A stretch of DNA of 60,685 nt, counting the filler, from Sphacelaria rigidula (taxonomy: Eukaryota): the NCBI GenBank assembly GCA_964200075.2. It is 6 parts of 6 records of this genome, joined end to end, with 100 filler letters (N's around TTAATTAATTAA, not from the genome) between each part and the next. Parts side by side here need not be neighbours in the genome. Positions count along the whole stretch, not along the records: positions 10,133 to 20,164 come from CAXNAA020007290.1; positions 20,265 to 30,295 come from CAXNAA020007291.1; 4 more parts are not named here. One strand, given 5' to 3'. The translations under genes were made by a program, and so were the position numbers. The notes under the pieces were generated by a model that saw only the letters and a list, made by a program, of their open reading frames with translations, was not told the DNA's origin and ran no database searches. Shown here one piece after another: positions 10,598 to 22,229 of this stretch. Each line of letters opens with the position of its first letter. Positions within the stretch are counted from its first letter, which is position 1.

Positions 10598-13499
10598 GAC
10601 CGTTGGCTTACTCGACGTGGTCGAGAAGAGCAGGTAGCCCGTGTGTCGCTGAGCATGACCCTGATTGCATTCGGAGCTCAAATTTTGTCTGGAAAGCTAT
10701 AGTTTGTACTCCGCTGCAATCGTCTGGTTTACCCAAGCAGAAACACGATGAGCAGGCTTTCGATGTTGACCTTCAAGAGCACCACAGTGATCGTCCGGCG
10801 CGGCGGAACGCAAGAACAGATGGGCCATGACAAAGAAAAGGCAACCAAGAGGATCCTAGGGTCATGGTTGACACTTTTCGTGCGTCATGTCAGGGTGGGC
10901 ACGTCCTCGAGAAGCGTCGTACTAGCTTGTGCTGGCGGTGCTGTACGGTGCTGTTCTACACGCCTGCATTGCCTGAACGGCTTGTATTCCGTTCTGCGGA
11001 CGACTGAGATGAGCCTCGCAGGCGTTGCGCGTTCTTTGGCCTCAAGAGCAAGCTCGGGTGAATTTGACCAACCACGTTAAGGTTGATGTATTCCGACATG
11101 GACTCGAGAAAAAATGTTTTTCCTTCTCGAGCACCCGTCCTCGTGTTGTGTCTCCTCTTGGTTGATATAATATTCCTATATAAACGATAATCGCGGGAGT
11201 TCGTGGCTACTATACAAGCTGGGCCAGCCGAGAAGCGAATTTGTAGTTTGCAGGCCCATTAACCGGCCAATTTCTCATGAGTTGAGGGAATTGTACTAAT
11301 ACCTGAAAACTGGTTATTGCCCTCAACTCATGAACAAAAAAACTATTGTGCACTGGTATTTGTTTTCATTATGCCCTATTCATTGTCCATATCAAATTTC
11401 AGGGTCCAACTCAAAATATTGGCCGGTTAATGGACCGTTTAGTGACGGGGTCAGATTAAATTCGAAACAGTATTTTGCAGGCCACTTAACGGCCCACGGT
11501 TGGTATTTGTGTATTGAAAGTTTGTGTGGGCCCTCGCTAGAGCATGATTCACAAAACAAAGTGGGTCACGTTGAGTTTTGTTTTTCACTGGTTTAGGACG
11601 TTGTAGCATTGGAACGACCATTATTTTACGAGAACGCCCGAACCTCTCCGCCCCCCCTGAAAAAATGAGGGCCCATTTTTTTTATTCAGCATACCTCGGC
11701 GGTTCTTCATGCTAAGTTTCAAATGACAATTCTAAAAATTGAGCTAAAAAAATGAGATTAAGGCCCAAGAGCAGTGTTCATTTCTCCTCAAAACGGGAAT
11801 AAAACGTGGAAAGAACGAAAAAAACGAAAAAACAAACAAACTATTTCTTAGGTTTATTATGCACCATCCGTTCTCCATAGAAAATTTCATAGCATAACTC
11901 TCAAAAACTGAGACGCGATATCCATGTTTAGTTAATCTAGTGCCTCTGCTCGTAATATATTGATTTTAGGAGAGAAACTTATGTGCGCCATATCTTGAGA
12001 TAGATGACGAATTAGGTGAAGATGAGGGTATTTATAGTCTCACCGTGCTCCAGGAAATGTCCACACCAAAAATCATCGTCACCCGCTGAATGTATCGATC
12101 GGGGGTTTCATATAGATTTTAGTATGGGCGCTATCTCCGTTAGGTATAGCAATTACTAGACATGGGGTTATATCAACGAGAAAATATTGGCCCAGACTTT
12201 CAAGCAGATGAGCACCCTCTCCTTGATTAGACGATTAATACGACATGCGGATCATGGCCCAACTCGTCTGTGTCGACGAGATATTGCTTTGAGAGCTTAA
12301 ATCCGTTTCTAGGCTTCCCCAGCTCGTAGATGGGATTACTTTTGCGCGACCGCCGGTATGGTCGTCGAACGGAGGTTTGAGTCTGCTGCTTGATGTGGTT
12401 GAAATATGTCATATCTCGATTCGCAACATATTTTCGACAACGCCATATTGCGATTGTTCATAGACCCTGATTTGTTGCGCTCTTATGTTGATTGTATTAT
12501 ATTGGTTATGCTCCATTAGTCTTTAATGCCACCTGTAAATTGGGGGGGGGGGAATGCCATCATGCCCGTCAGGAAGCCGAAATATGGTGAAGAGTACTTT
12601 CTCGCAGACTAACATGTTACACATGTGTAAACAGGTGCAATGAGAAAGGTCGCGATTGTTGCTCATTTTCCCACTCTCAACTCTCAAAGTGAAGAATTTT
12701 ATATTTGGAGGGAACCACACCGTTGCGATGGAGCGATTTTTCACATACCTTCAGTTTTAGAGACAGAAAAAATGAGCGATATCATGTCCGTATTTCGAAT
12801 GCGTACGTGACTGCAAGTGTCCGCGTCACAACGCTTGACAAACCACGGAGACGCAGTGAAATAAAGCATATATTGGGACATATACATTTTTCCTCACTTT
12901 TTTTTAGTTTTTCCATCCATACTTTTTACCAGTAACTATATGCCTTCTATATACACACACGCATACCATAAGAACGTTACAATTGCTCACATTTTTCATT
13001 TTCGAGGCATCTCGAGACACCTGGCGTCCGAGAAAATGAGGTCTGGTGCGGAAAGGCTGACACTGTAAGTACCTTCGTTTTGTAGAAGGAGTTTTCGTTT
13101 CCAACAAGGTGGAGTTTCATTTTGCGGATTCTCGTGAGGATAATTGTGCTCAGTTTTGGGTTATAACTCTCTACACCCGTCGAGAGAGATGCAGATGACA
13201 TTTTTCCATTCTAATTCGGCAGACCAGCTTGTAGACGGGTAAGATTCCGGCACTGCCTTTCCCGAGTTGGGAAGGTACAGATTGTTTCCGGCTCCGTAAC
13301 GTTTTTGAAAAAGCTTCCGACGACTTGCTGCAGGAGAATTACCCCCAAAGGTTCGCCCAGAAGTCTGAAATTTTCGAAAAAACTGATGATGTGTGCATGT
13401 AGAAACGACCAGAGCATCCGGCAGGGTGAGTGTTGGATGACTTACTTCACTGCTTGAGTAGAACCATCGATAATATAATAATAGAAGCACCTCGTACTG

Positions 13500-13770
13500 T
13501 ACCGAACGTGAAATCGAAATCCTTATGTAAGAGTGCGACGCAACCTCCTCAGTACGGTTCGGGCCGAACATTTCTCGCAAGAGGCAGTCCATCCTTCTCG
13601 CGACTCGCCACGGCGCTTCGCGCTTGGTGATTGATTGCGACCCTGGTCCGGCGAAAACCCGGCGTGGTCCGTCCCGTCTTTGTAGAGATGCGAGGTCAAT
13701 GGTCTCATGGCTACGGCACGTAAGATCATGAGTATACCCCCCGTCCCCCGTCCCCCGTCCCCCGTCCCCT
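13500..13770 (+). mobile_element. Truncated LINE or LINE-tailed SINE with C-rich tail
   Basis: Matches the reverse complement of ~33400-33660. Ends ...GATCATGAGTATACCCCCCGTCCCCCGTCCCCCG. Confidence 0.65.
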
Positions 13771-13849
13771 CATCCTGCCTGCGCCAGCCTTTCAACCTCC
13801 CGGGAAGACGGAAGGACTCGGGCTCCTCCCATACACCGCACAACAACAG

Positions 13850-14111
13850 GTCAGATCGCACTAGCCACGACAGCGCCCATTCGCTGGCATCAACGAACCC
13901 TAGGCTTTCTGTCGGTGAAAGCGGGCGGCGAGAATCAGGTGGGGATGCTACAGTGGCCGCTGGCGCTAGCGCAAGGGTATCGACTACCGGTGTTGGCAGT
14001 GGCCCCGGCGGGAGGATTGGAGCCGTTGTCGGAGGAGGGGTCGGGGCGGGTGACGCGATGCCGGTGATGCACAAGTTGTTTTCGATCGAGATACGCCGGA
14101 CGCAGATTCAG
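13850..14111 (+). CDS. BLTP2: BLTP2/Hobbit/SABRE/FMP27-family lipid-transfer protein, internal exon A
   Basis: CAG|...|GT. G/S-rich sequence ending MPVMHKLFSIEIRRTQIQ. Splices in phase 0 to LLGSET..., giving TQIQLLGSE, similar to the PQIQL-x-SE segment of FMP27/SABRE as I recall it. Confidence 0.7.
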
Positions 14112-14140
14112 GTGTGTCCGTGTGTCTGTGTGTCTGTCTG

Positions 14141-14143
<3 letters not shown>

Positions 14144-14206
<63 letters not shown>
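14144..14206. repeat. (GT)n microsatellite in BLTP2 intron
   Basis: About 31 units. Confidence 0.97.
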
Positions 14207-14209
<3 letters not shown>

Positions 14210-14877
14210 GGGTTCCGGAACACGTTTGTGATGACCGAAATGGAACGATTCTTCTCGCCTAAGAGGTGCCTATGTTGACCCTCCGGCAAGGCTGGCAAGG
14301 CGTTTGGCGTAAAAGAACCGCCAGGCGAACAACTGTGGCATCCCTTCATGGTGAGCTTTGCCGACTAAGATGAGTCTGGCACAGTTGGGGGTGAGTTTTG
14401 GTGTATGCAGGTTGACTTCGGTAGGCCGCAGAGAAAATGTGTAGACTCGTTCAAGTAAGTCTTCCGGAATCTAGGAAAACTCGACAGCTCGGGGGACTAC
14501 ATGCTTTGGATGCAGTTGTGTTATTTTCGACCTTCGACATTTTCGAGCTGGGTGCACCCGGAATTGTCCGAGTGTACTGGAATCTTCGAAGACAGCAGAG
14601 TCCTTCATTCTCACATAATACACTCAGCTTGGCCGTCTTCAACACGCAAAAGCCGTTTCCGAAGGGCCGCACACAGCACCTCCAAGATCACTGTCATATT
14701 CATTTCCGTAAGAAGTGGCCTGGTCGTAGCGCCACATTATTTTTCTCCTCTTTATTTTATTTTATTTTTCTCGTCTTGGCGTGCGTTATTTTGTGTTGTT
14801 CCGTGTTGCTGCTGTTCGTTCAGCATTGCAACCCACGATTCGTTAACGCCTGTTATTGTTTCCCCCACTGATATTGG

Positions 14878-14958
14878 CGGTGCTCCGTCTCGAAAGGGAT
14901 GCGTGGTCAACGGTCGAACGACTAAGGCAAGCAACAAATGAGTACGCCCCCCCCCCCA
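14878..14958 (+). mobile_element. 3'-terminal fragment of the LINE family seen at 47060-49505, with poly(C) tail
   Basis: GGTGCTCCGTCTCGAAAGGGATGCGTGGTCAACGGTCGAACGACTAAGGCAAGCAACAAATGAGTA followed by a C-run. Confidence 0.85.
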
Positions 14959-15071
14959 ACTAATATTGGCTCCAAGTTGTATCGGGGAAGGGACGGGTTG
15001 ATCCTTGGGGGCCACGGACTCGTCCCGAGGAAGAGGGGGGATTGCAAGAACGACGAATCTATGTAAACATA

Positions 15072-15686
15072 CTTCCTCTGTGCAATAAGTAAAGGTCGTT
15101 GTGGCTACACGGACCCTTAACCGTCGCCGATGCAAAAGGCGATGATTTTTTCGAAATCATCGCTGTTTTTTTAATTAAAAGTCCACGTCTTCTTTTCTTT
15201 TCTGCGCGCACCTTTATGCGTGCATGAACGGCCGAAAAAGATTCGTCGGCCCCGAAAAGGCCATATTATGCTCATTTCTGGAAAAAAAGGCGAAGAACGT
15301 TGGAAACCACCCAAAACTCCAAAAATCGCGAAAAAAACGTCAAAATAACCCCATGCCTCCGACTCTCATCAGCTTTGCACGATACCTACTCCTCGTCCAA
15401 AACCACTTGGTCACATAGTTGCCTACATTTGGTTACAAAACAGGCAAAAAAACTCGAATTGTGTTCTTGCCGAAAATGGTAAAATGTGGTCGAAATTGGT
15501 CCCATTCGGCCATGTTTCGACCCACAAGTTGTCAGCAAGTACGACCCAGATTTTGCTCTGCTTTTTTTTTTAAGGATCACCGTATCTATAGCTTTTCAAC
15601 AAGCCAAATTGCAGCATCGTGGGTAGCTCCATCGTCGAGATGTGATCTGCCCCCCATAAGGACCTTTACCTATTTCAGAGAGGAAG
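15072..15686. mobile_element. Stowaway/Tc1-mariner-type MITE (615 bp)
   Basis: TA|CTTCCTCTGTGCAATAAGTAAAGGTC ... GACCTTTACCTATTTCAGAGAGGAAG|TA. Same terminal motif as 7250-7786 but a different interior. Confidence 0.85.
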
Positions 15687-15733
15687 TACATATCTTGATT
15701 ATTGTCTGTTTCATTTCTGTTGCGCATGTGAAG

Positions 15734-15862
15734 CTTCTAGGATCAGAGACAGCGAGGGCCAGTCTGCTGTACTCTATGGAGCAGGCCACCGTGCAAGGTT
15801 GGGTCGGCCTGGACCAAGCGGAAGACGCGTCCATGGTCATGAAGCAGAAGCCGCAGCAGGAG
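15734..15862 (+). CDS. BLTP2: BLTP2-family protein, internal exon B
   Basis: AAG|...|GT, phase 0/0, 43 codons: LLGSETARASLLYSMEQATVQGWVGLDQAEDASMVMKQKPQQE. Confidence 0.7.
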
Positions 15863-16455
15863 GTACTAGCCAACTCAGGGAGGATTCATTTGGGCCGTAT
15901 TGATTAAGCCGTAACTCTACTATAATGCAGTATGTGCAACTTCGCTTCGTGCCCTTTGTTCTAGCTGACAGTCGTGATCGTTTAGGAGTCATCTTACGAT
16001 AGGGGAGGGGGGGGGGGGTTGGGCCACTTCTTGCACGAAATTTGAAGTCAAATCGTCGTTGAAAGCAGATATGGTTGTTCGAACAAGCTTGTTATTGATG
16101 AATAACGCTCATTTCATGCTGCTTCGCACCGTTTTAAACCAAATACAAGTGCACCGCGAGTGTGGCAGGTCGTCTGGTACACCTATGAGCCTGTTTTCTC
16201 GTGCAATCAAATACCCCCCTACCCTATCGTAGGATGACTCTGACGCCCCACCTCCGCTCCACCCACCTTCCCGCATGGTACGTTATGTGGATGTCCATGT
16301 TCCAGCAAGAAATACGCGACATGTCTCCCTGCGTTTTGCGTCGTTTCCGATGTGCCGACTGTCTCCCCTGGGTTTAAACCATGTGTGTGTGCGCGCGTGT
16401 GCGTGCTATTTGTGATCGTTATTGTTTTGGGACACAATGAAACATTACACTGCAG

Positions 16456-16570
16456 GAGGATGAGATCGAGAACTGCAGGTTGCAATGCCTGGCCCAGCGG
16501 CTGTTGCCCACTTTCCGGGAGGCCGTAACTATGGGCTTGGAGGGTACAATGCTGTCCGCGGCCCCATCCG
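16456..16570 (+). CDS. BLTP2: BLTP2-family protein, internal exon C
   Basis: CAG|...|GTTAG, phase 0/1: EDEIENCRLQCLAQRLLPTFREAVTMGLEGTMLSAAPS. Confidence 0.75.
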
Positions 16571-18097
16571 GTTAGTTCAAATGGATCTGCCCAGGAGGCA
16601 ACCTGAGGCGTTTTTTTGCTAAACGAAGCTTGAAGCAGGGGCCCCCGAAATGACGCGGCTCTCCCGAAGCCAACCTCGGAGTATGGTCCCTGGGAAAAAA
16701 AAGGAGACATCGGTTATTCGGAAACGAAATTGTTTTGATCATTCCGCCCAAAGGCTCGAGCGGTTTGCCCCGAAGTAGGAGTCGAGGGGACACCTTGCTG
16801 TACGCGGCTATTTTAATGAGCTAGCCCTGTGTTGCGTTTGCGTGCAGTTGGAGCTGCGAAAAAAAATGAATTGTTTTTGTTATACCGTGATAACACTTGG
16901 AAGTACGTGCGCTATCCTGGAGGGTTATTCTGGGGCGAAGGAAATGCCCTATATTTCCGCGGGTGATGAAGTGGCCACCAGGGTACACCCGACTCGCGGC
17001 TTGTCACCACATCTAGGACGGGGAGGTAACAGGGGGGCGTGATGAGTCTACTAAGCCACATCCCTGGTTTATAGTAGACGGACAAAGATGCAGTGTCAAG
17101 TTCACTTCCACCATCAATCATCTGAATCAGGAAGGCTCGCAACTCTAGTCTCAGGAGCACATCCCCTGGATAGATGGGCGGGTTGGAGGGGGGAGGACTG
17201 AGGTTTGGCAGCATACGTTCACAGCCCTGTGCTGGCGGCTGAGCTTTAATTGAATATTTACAGAGGGGCAACAAGCGGTCAAGGAAGGTGTCTACATGTT
17301 TTCGCTGTTTCCCTCGGTGTAAGAGGACGTAATTGTGCGTCAAAAGTAGCTGAAATGCAGTACATTGGGATCGACCTACAGCCCAGGTCGTGCTCAGGCT
17401 GCCATTTCGTTTCAATTTCTTCGAAAATAGTGAAGATGCGGGCTAGGCCCTCCCACCCCACCCCCCGGGCGTTTTGGGGCGGAGCGGCAATCTTTGACAT
17501 GCGACCTTGAAGATTGTGGGTACCAGCTCTCGTGTCTGATTCGTCATCATTGCGGTCTTGATGATGACGTCTGCTACGCAAGCCAGATGTTTCATCGGCG
17601 TTTGTTTATTAATCATTGGCGAGTGAAATGAGTACTGTTGAACGATGGTTTCTGGCTCACCCAAGGGTGGGAGCCGACCTCGAGTGTAGCACAACCAATC
17701 AGACCCCTTGAAACATCGGGTATTGTTTCATGGTCACATTTGACAAAGAGGTGTGGTCACCTCCCGTTGATCGTACTGGGTGTGATTTGTTCCATCGCCT
17801 AGAGAAGGAAACATACAAGGTATCCCCAGCGGCCATTGCGAATGCGCCGGAAATAGACAAGATCTCATCGACTGGGGGTATAATTCAGGGAGGTGTGGTA
17901 TACGCCATAGGGGTGATTTACTCCGCACCGCACGGTACCTCGACTATTCCTAGGAAACGTTGAGGTAAACGTTGGTTTGTTTTCTGTCACTTGAACATCT
18001 ACCAAACTGCCCTGCATGTCCCGTTACCCTGCCACATATTGTACCACCTCCCCGCTCCCGCCATCTATTGTCCATACTCACTCTCACGCCATCTCAG

Positions 18098-19116
18098 ACG
18101 TGGATGTGGACGCGGGGGTGCAGTGGCTGCCAGATTCGGCACTCACTCCCCCTCTGCCCCCTCAGGCCCCGACCCCTCCTCGACTTCTTAACACCACTGC
18201 CGAGGCCACCGTGGGCGCAAAGGCCACCACGGGCTCAACTTCCATGTCGGACGGGAGCAAACAGGAGTTAACAAGGCGCTCTCATCGATCGAGATCCCCG
18301 CCGCTTAGCGGCGGCGGCCGTAGCAGCAAGGCTGAAGTATGGCCCACTGAAGCAGACGGAATAGCACCAGAGATGAAGGTGACGACGACGGATGCAGCGG
18401 CAGAGGCCCCGGTGACGATATCTTCTGGTGAGTACGGCCACCAGTACTTCGACGCCAGGTCGGAAGAAGAACACAGCGGTGGTAGCGGTGATGATGGGTC
18501 GGGTTTTGGCCGACACCCACGACGGCCACTTGCCGGCGAGGAGGAGTATTCTGGAAGTGTTGGTGTTGGTACTGGTGCCGGTGCGGGATCCTTCACTCCA
18601 GCGCTGATGGGGACTACCTCCACAGCTACTACGAAGCGCAGGTCGCCGTCGCCTGTTTTCGGGAGCGGCGAGTGGGCGGCAGCCGGCGGAGGTGGCGAGC
18701 AATTCCCCTCCAGCTTTTTCAAGGGCGTTGGCAGTGCCTGCCACCACCCAACCGCATACGGCGGCCCCATTCCCATGACACCCGACGCGGCGCAAGACGA
18801 CTCCAACCCTCAGCGGGATTATTCGACCCCGTCGCAGGGGGAGTTTGCCTCGATGCGGAACAACAGTGCGTTCCTTTTGGAGATGGATAGCGATGTAGTG
18901 GACGCGGGCACGGCCGCCGACGGTGCCCCTGCCCTAAGCATGCAGGATTTGTTCTTGGGGAAAAGTAGCTCTGCTGCATATCTTAGGGGTGGCGGAGACG
19001 GCGACGGTGGAGCGGGCAGCGGGCATTGGGGCGCGGAGGGTGCCGGTGGCGGGCTAGAGGAGGAGTCGCCTTCGAGGATGAGGGAGCGTGCAGCGAGGAC
19101 GAAGTTGATGCGGAAG
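18098..19116 (+). CDS. BLTP2: BLTP2-family protein, internal exon D (large low-complexity insert)
   Basis: Phase-1 join with exon C gives LSAAPSDVDVDAGVQWLP, matching the SABRE/KIP motif VAPTDVDPGAGLQWLP. Lies within ORF 18016..19221. Probable donor AAG|GTCCGC after TKLMRK; the 3' boundary is inferred. Confidence 0.75.
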
Positions 19117-20106
19117 GTCCGCACCCACGGACATCTTCTTGGTAAGAGGCGAATGATGAATTGGGATGACGAGCACGGGTACCAAACGTACATCATGTCA
19201 AGCAACCGTGAGGATGAATGATGGGGGAAAGGTACTCTCTGTCTCGTACACTTTCTTCTCTTGAGCTAAATTCTGAGGGTTGTTAGAAACTTTGTTCGCC
19301 TGGGGGGTTTCGTGTATCTTGTGACCACGCGCATGTTCGTAGCGGGCCAGCTTTTGTGGGACAACCGACCAATTCACCTCTCAGGTAGACCATTTGAATA
19401 TGTGATGAAAAGGCCACAGTCGCGTGTGTTGTCCTGTCGGAGGGCTGCAGTATGATGCCATGTTGTGCCATATTTATGGTATATAGGCGTGAGAGATGTC
19501 GCACTGACCTGGTCCATATAGTATCTCTAGGTTCGTGACAATGATCCAGGATTATCATTCTTCTGTCACTGGCCGTAAGTTGCGCATCCAAGAACTTTCA
19601 GCAGTTGACGAGGATTATTCTGAATATTACGTCGTCGAAACGTGTACTGCGTACAGTATGGCATCTATTGTCTATTGCAATAGGCGCAATATAGTCTATA
19701 CTGCACGCAGCACACTTTTTGACAATGTAATCTTGTGTCATTGTCCAGGGTTTGAAGAATTCGCACAGAGAAGTGCCCGGCAAGGGTGTCTTCGGAGGAT
19801 TTTCAAGAACGAAAAATGAATGGCGGCCCATGGCCTCGAGAGGTTCCTTCAACTGTAGTGCTCATCAAGATTTTGTTCCCTGTGTGCATGCCCGACGCCG
19901 ATGTACGCGGTGGCATGCGGGCTGAGTGAAGTTACTGCCGCTTTTTTTTCATGTTTGTGCAAACGGTTTGCGATACAGTATCTACCTGCCTCCCTTCCAC
20001 AGCTGTTCAAAATAAACTTGTTAGCCTAGCCTTCCTCGGCAGCAACTACCGCATAGGACGGCATCGGCCATAAGCTGGCAATCATTCGTATTTCTTGAAC
20101 CCCCCG

Positions 20107-20141
<35 letters not shown>

Positions 20142-20164
20142 ACCCCGCGCCGCACGCGCCGGGG

Positions 20165-20264
20165 NNNNNNNNNNNNNNNNNNNNNNNNNNNNNNNNNNNN
20201 NNNNNNNNTTAATTAATTAANNNNNNNNNNNNNNNNNNNNNNNNNNNNNNNNNNNNNNNNNNNN
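20165..20264. other. Artificial contig linker
   Basis: 100 nt N/TTAATTAATTAA/N. Confidence 0.97.
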
Positions 20265-21092
20265 GCCGCACCTCTTGTTCCTCACGTCCACCATTCCCGT
20301 TGTTGCGTGCTTGGAGCAGAAGTCCGCTTTCTTGCTCCCCGCCACACCATACGATGGATACGTGGAGCAGCCCTCGTGGCCGCACCTCTTGCTCACCACA
20401 CCCATCATTCCCGTCGTGGCATGCTTCAAACAGAACTCCGCTTTTTTGCTCCCCGCCACACCATACGACGGTTGAGTAAGACAGCCCTCGTAGCCGCACC
20501 CCTTGTTCCTCACATTCACCATTGCCCCCGTGGCATGCCCGGAGCAAAACTCCGCTTTCTTGCTCCCCGCCACACCATACGATGGATACGTGTAGCAGCC
20601 CTCGTAGCCGCACCTCTTGCTCCTCACATCTACCAATCCCGCCGTGGCATGCTTGGAGCAGAAGTCCGCTTTTTTGCTCCCCGCCACACCATACGATGGA
20701 TACGTGGAGCAGCCCTTGTAGCCACACCTCTTGCTCATCACATCCACCAATCCCGCGGTGGCATGTTTGGAGCAGAACTCCGCCTTTTTGCTCCCCGCCA
20801 CACCAAACAACGGCCGCGTGTAGCAGCCCTCGTAGCTGCACCTCTTGTTCCTCACGTCCACCATTCCCGTTGTCGCGTGCTTGGAGCAGAAGTCCGCTTT
20901 CTTGCTCCCCGCCACACCATACGACCGACGCGTGTAGCAGCCCTCGTAGCCGCACCTGTTGCTCCTCACATTCATCATTCCCGCCGTGGAATGCTTGGAG
21001 CAGAACTGCACATTTTCGCTCGTCGCTACACCATACGACGGATGCGTCGAGCAGCCCTTGTAGCCGCACGTCTTGTTCTTCACACCCACCAT
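20265..21092 (-). CDS. EsV-1-7 repeat protein: 7 complete 38-aa repeats plus a partial eighth, truncated by the contig end
   Basis: Consensus MVDVRxKRCGYEGCxTxPSYGVAGSKKA(D/E)FCSKHATxG; 114-bp period; open frame from the ATG at 21092. Confidence 0.9.
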
Positions 21093-21206
21093 TCCCGCTG
21101 TGGTATGTTGAGAGCAGAACTACGCATTTGTGTCCCCCGCTACACCGTACAACGGCCGCTTAGAGCAGCCCTCGTTGCCGCACTTCTGTTTCACCACATG
21201 TACGAT
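21093..21206 (-). pseudogene. Degenerate upstream EsV-1-7 repeat with an in-frame stop
   Basis: IVHVVKQKCGNEGCSKRPLYGVAGDTNA*FCSQHTTAG. TAG at 21122-21120, where most repeats have GAG or GAC. Confidence 0.8.
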
Positions 21207-22229
21207 CCTCGTCCTGGCGTGCTTGGAGTAGTTCCTTCCGTTGTTCGAACACTCACTGCTTACGATACCGCAAATACCGAAACGGCGGGAAATACTTCGT
21301 GAGGCATGGAGGGAAACTCATTTAACATATTTGCAGAGCGAATGACGTTGGTATCGCTGAATATACTCCACGGAGGAAAAGTAGCCGCCTGCATTCCACT
21401 CCGACCACACTTCATGGAAGCCGACGCCAAATATTATAGCACTAGTCGCAAGATAGCTCCGGCGAATGGTACGTGCTCTGAACTGTTGCAGTAGGACACT
21501 GAAAGCAAATGAAGCACTAGTATAACACAACGGAGGAGATAATCGTTACAGAAAATATGAGAAGCGCAGTACCAACGTTCAAGCACGCCCAGCTCTAACA
21601 GACATACATGCCACAATACGAAAGCCAGGGTTCAGAGGTCAGACAGCACAAGCCAGCTAGAAAGTGATATGCGGAGTCGAGAGCCAGACAACAATCTCGA
21701 CAGAGGAAGCGCTCACCACGCAGCACCGCGCACACAACATGCTTGGGTGTACATTGTACATTGGGGGGCGGTCAGTTGGTATGCTCAAGATCGTCCGCAA
21801 AAGCAGGTATTGTATCATGGCTTGGGAGTTGGGACACGGCGATGACGCGATAACTGGACAGCGGACGTGTATTTAGAATCGGCTCCTCATCTGGGTTGTA
21901 AGCTCCGTGAGGACAATGACGATATGAAACAAAGTTTGTCGAGGAAAGGACATTCGCATCACAACAGAAAATGATGTGTAGAGAGGTTTTGATCAAATCG
22001 GCTGTGACAAGACCGGAAATCGCCGAGCAGAAAGCTACAGAGGTGATATGTGCTATGAGGATCCTTTTGCGTCCTCTGCGAAAGTTTGCGCAATCTTAGA
22101 CTTGTACAGCGACGGTATCGTTGGTATGGATCCCTCCAGACCATTGAAGGAAATACTGTTGTGAAGGCCGGGACTGAAATAGAAACTAGGCAGTGGGTTC
22201 AAATCACGAGCACTACCACTACCACATGT

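Noticed and set aside
16848-17934. Candidate extra BLTP2 exons 16848-16962 and 17803-17934 with AG/GT ends
   Set aside because: Including them would split the conserved AAPS-DVD motif, and the first has no phase-compatible partner. Not supportable without transcripts.
19117-19221. ORF 18016..19221 as a stand-alone gene or terminal exon
   Set aside because: The family motif lies mid-protein in BLTP2 homologues and a plausible donor exists at 19116, so the stop is probably intronic.
1-21206. Tandem cluster of two EsV-1-7 genes flanking BLTP2
   Set aside because: They lie on different contigs joined by artificial linkers.
20307-21302. 331-aa plus-strand ORF, also 19..441 and 20209..21069
   Set aside because: Antisense or alternate-frame shadows of the 114-bp EsV-1-7 repeats.
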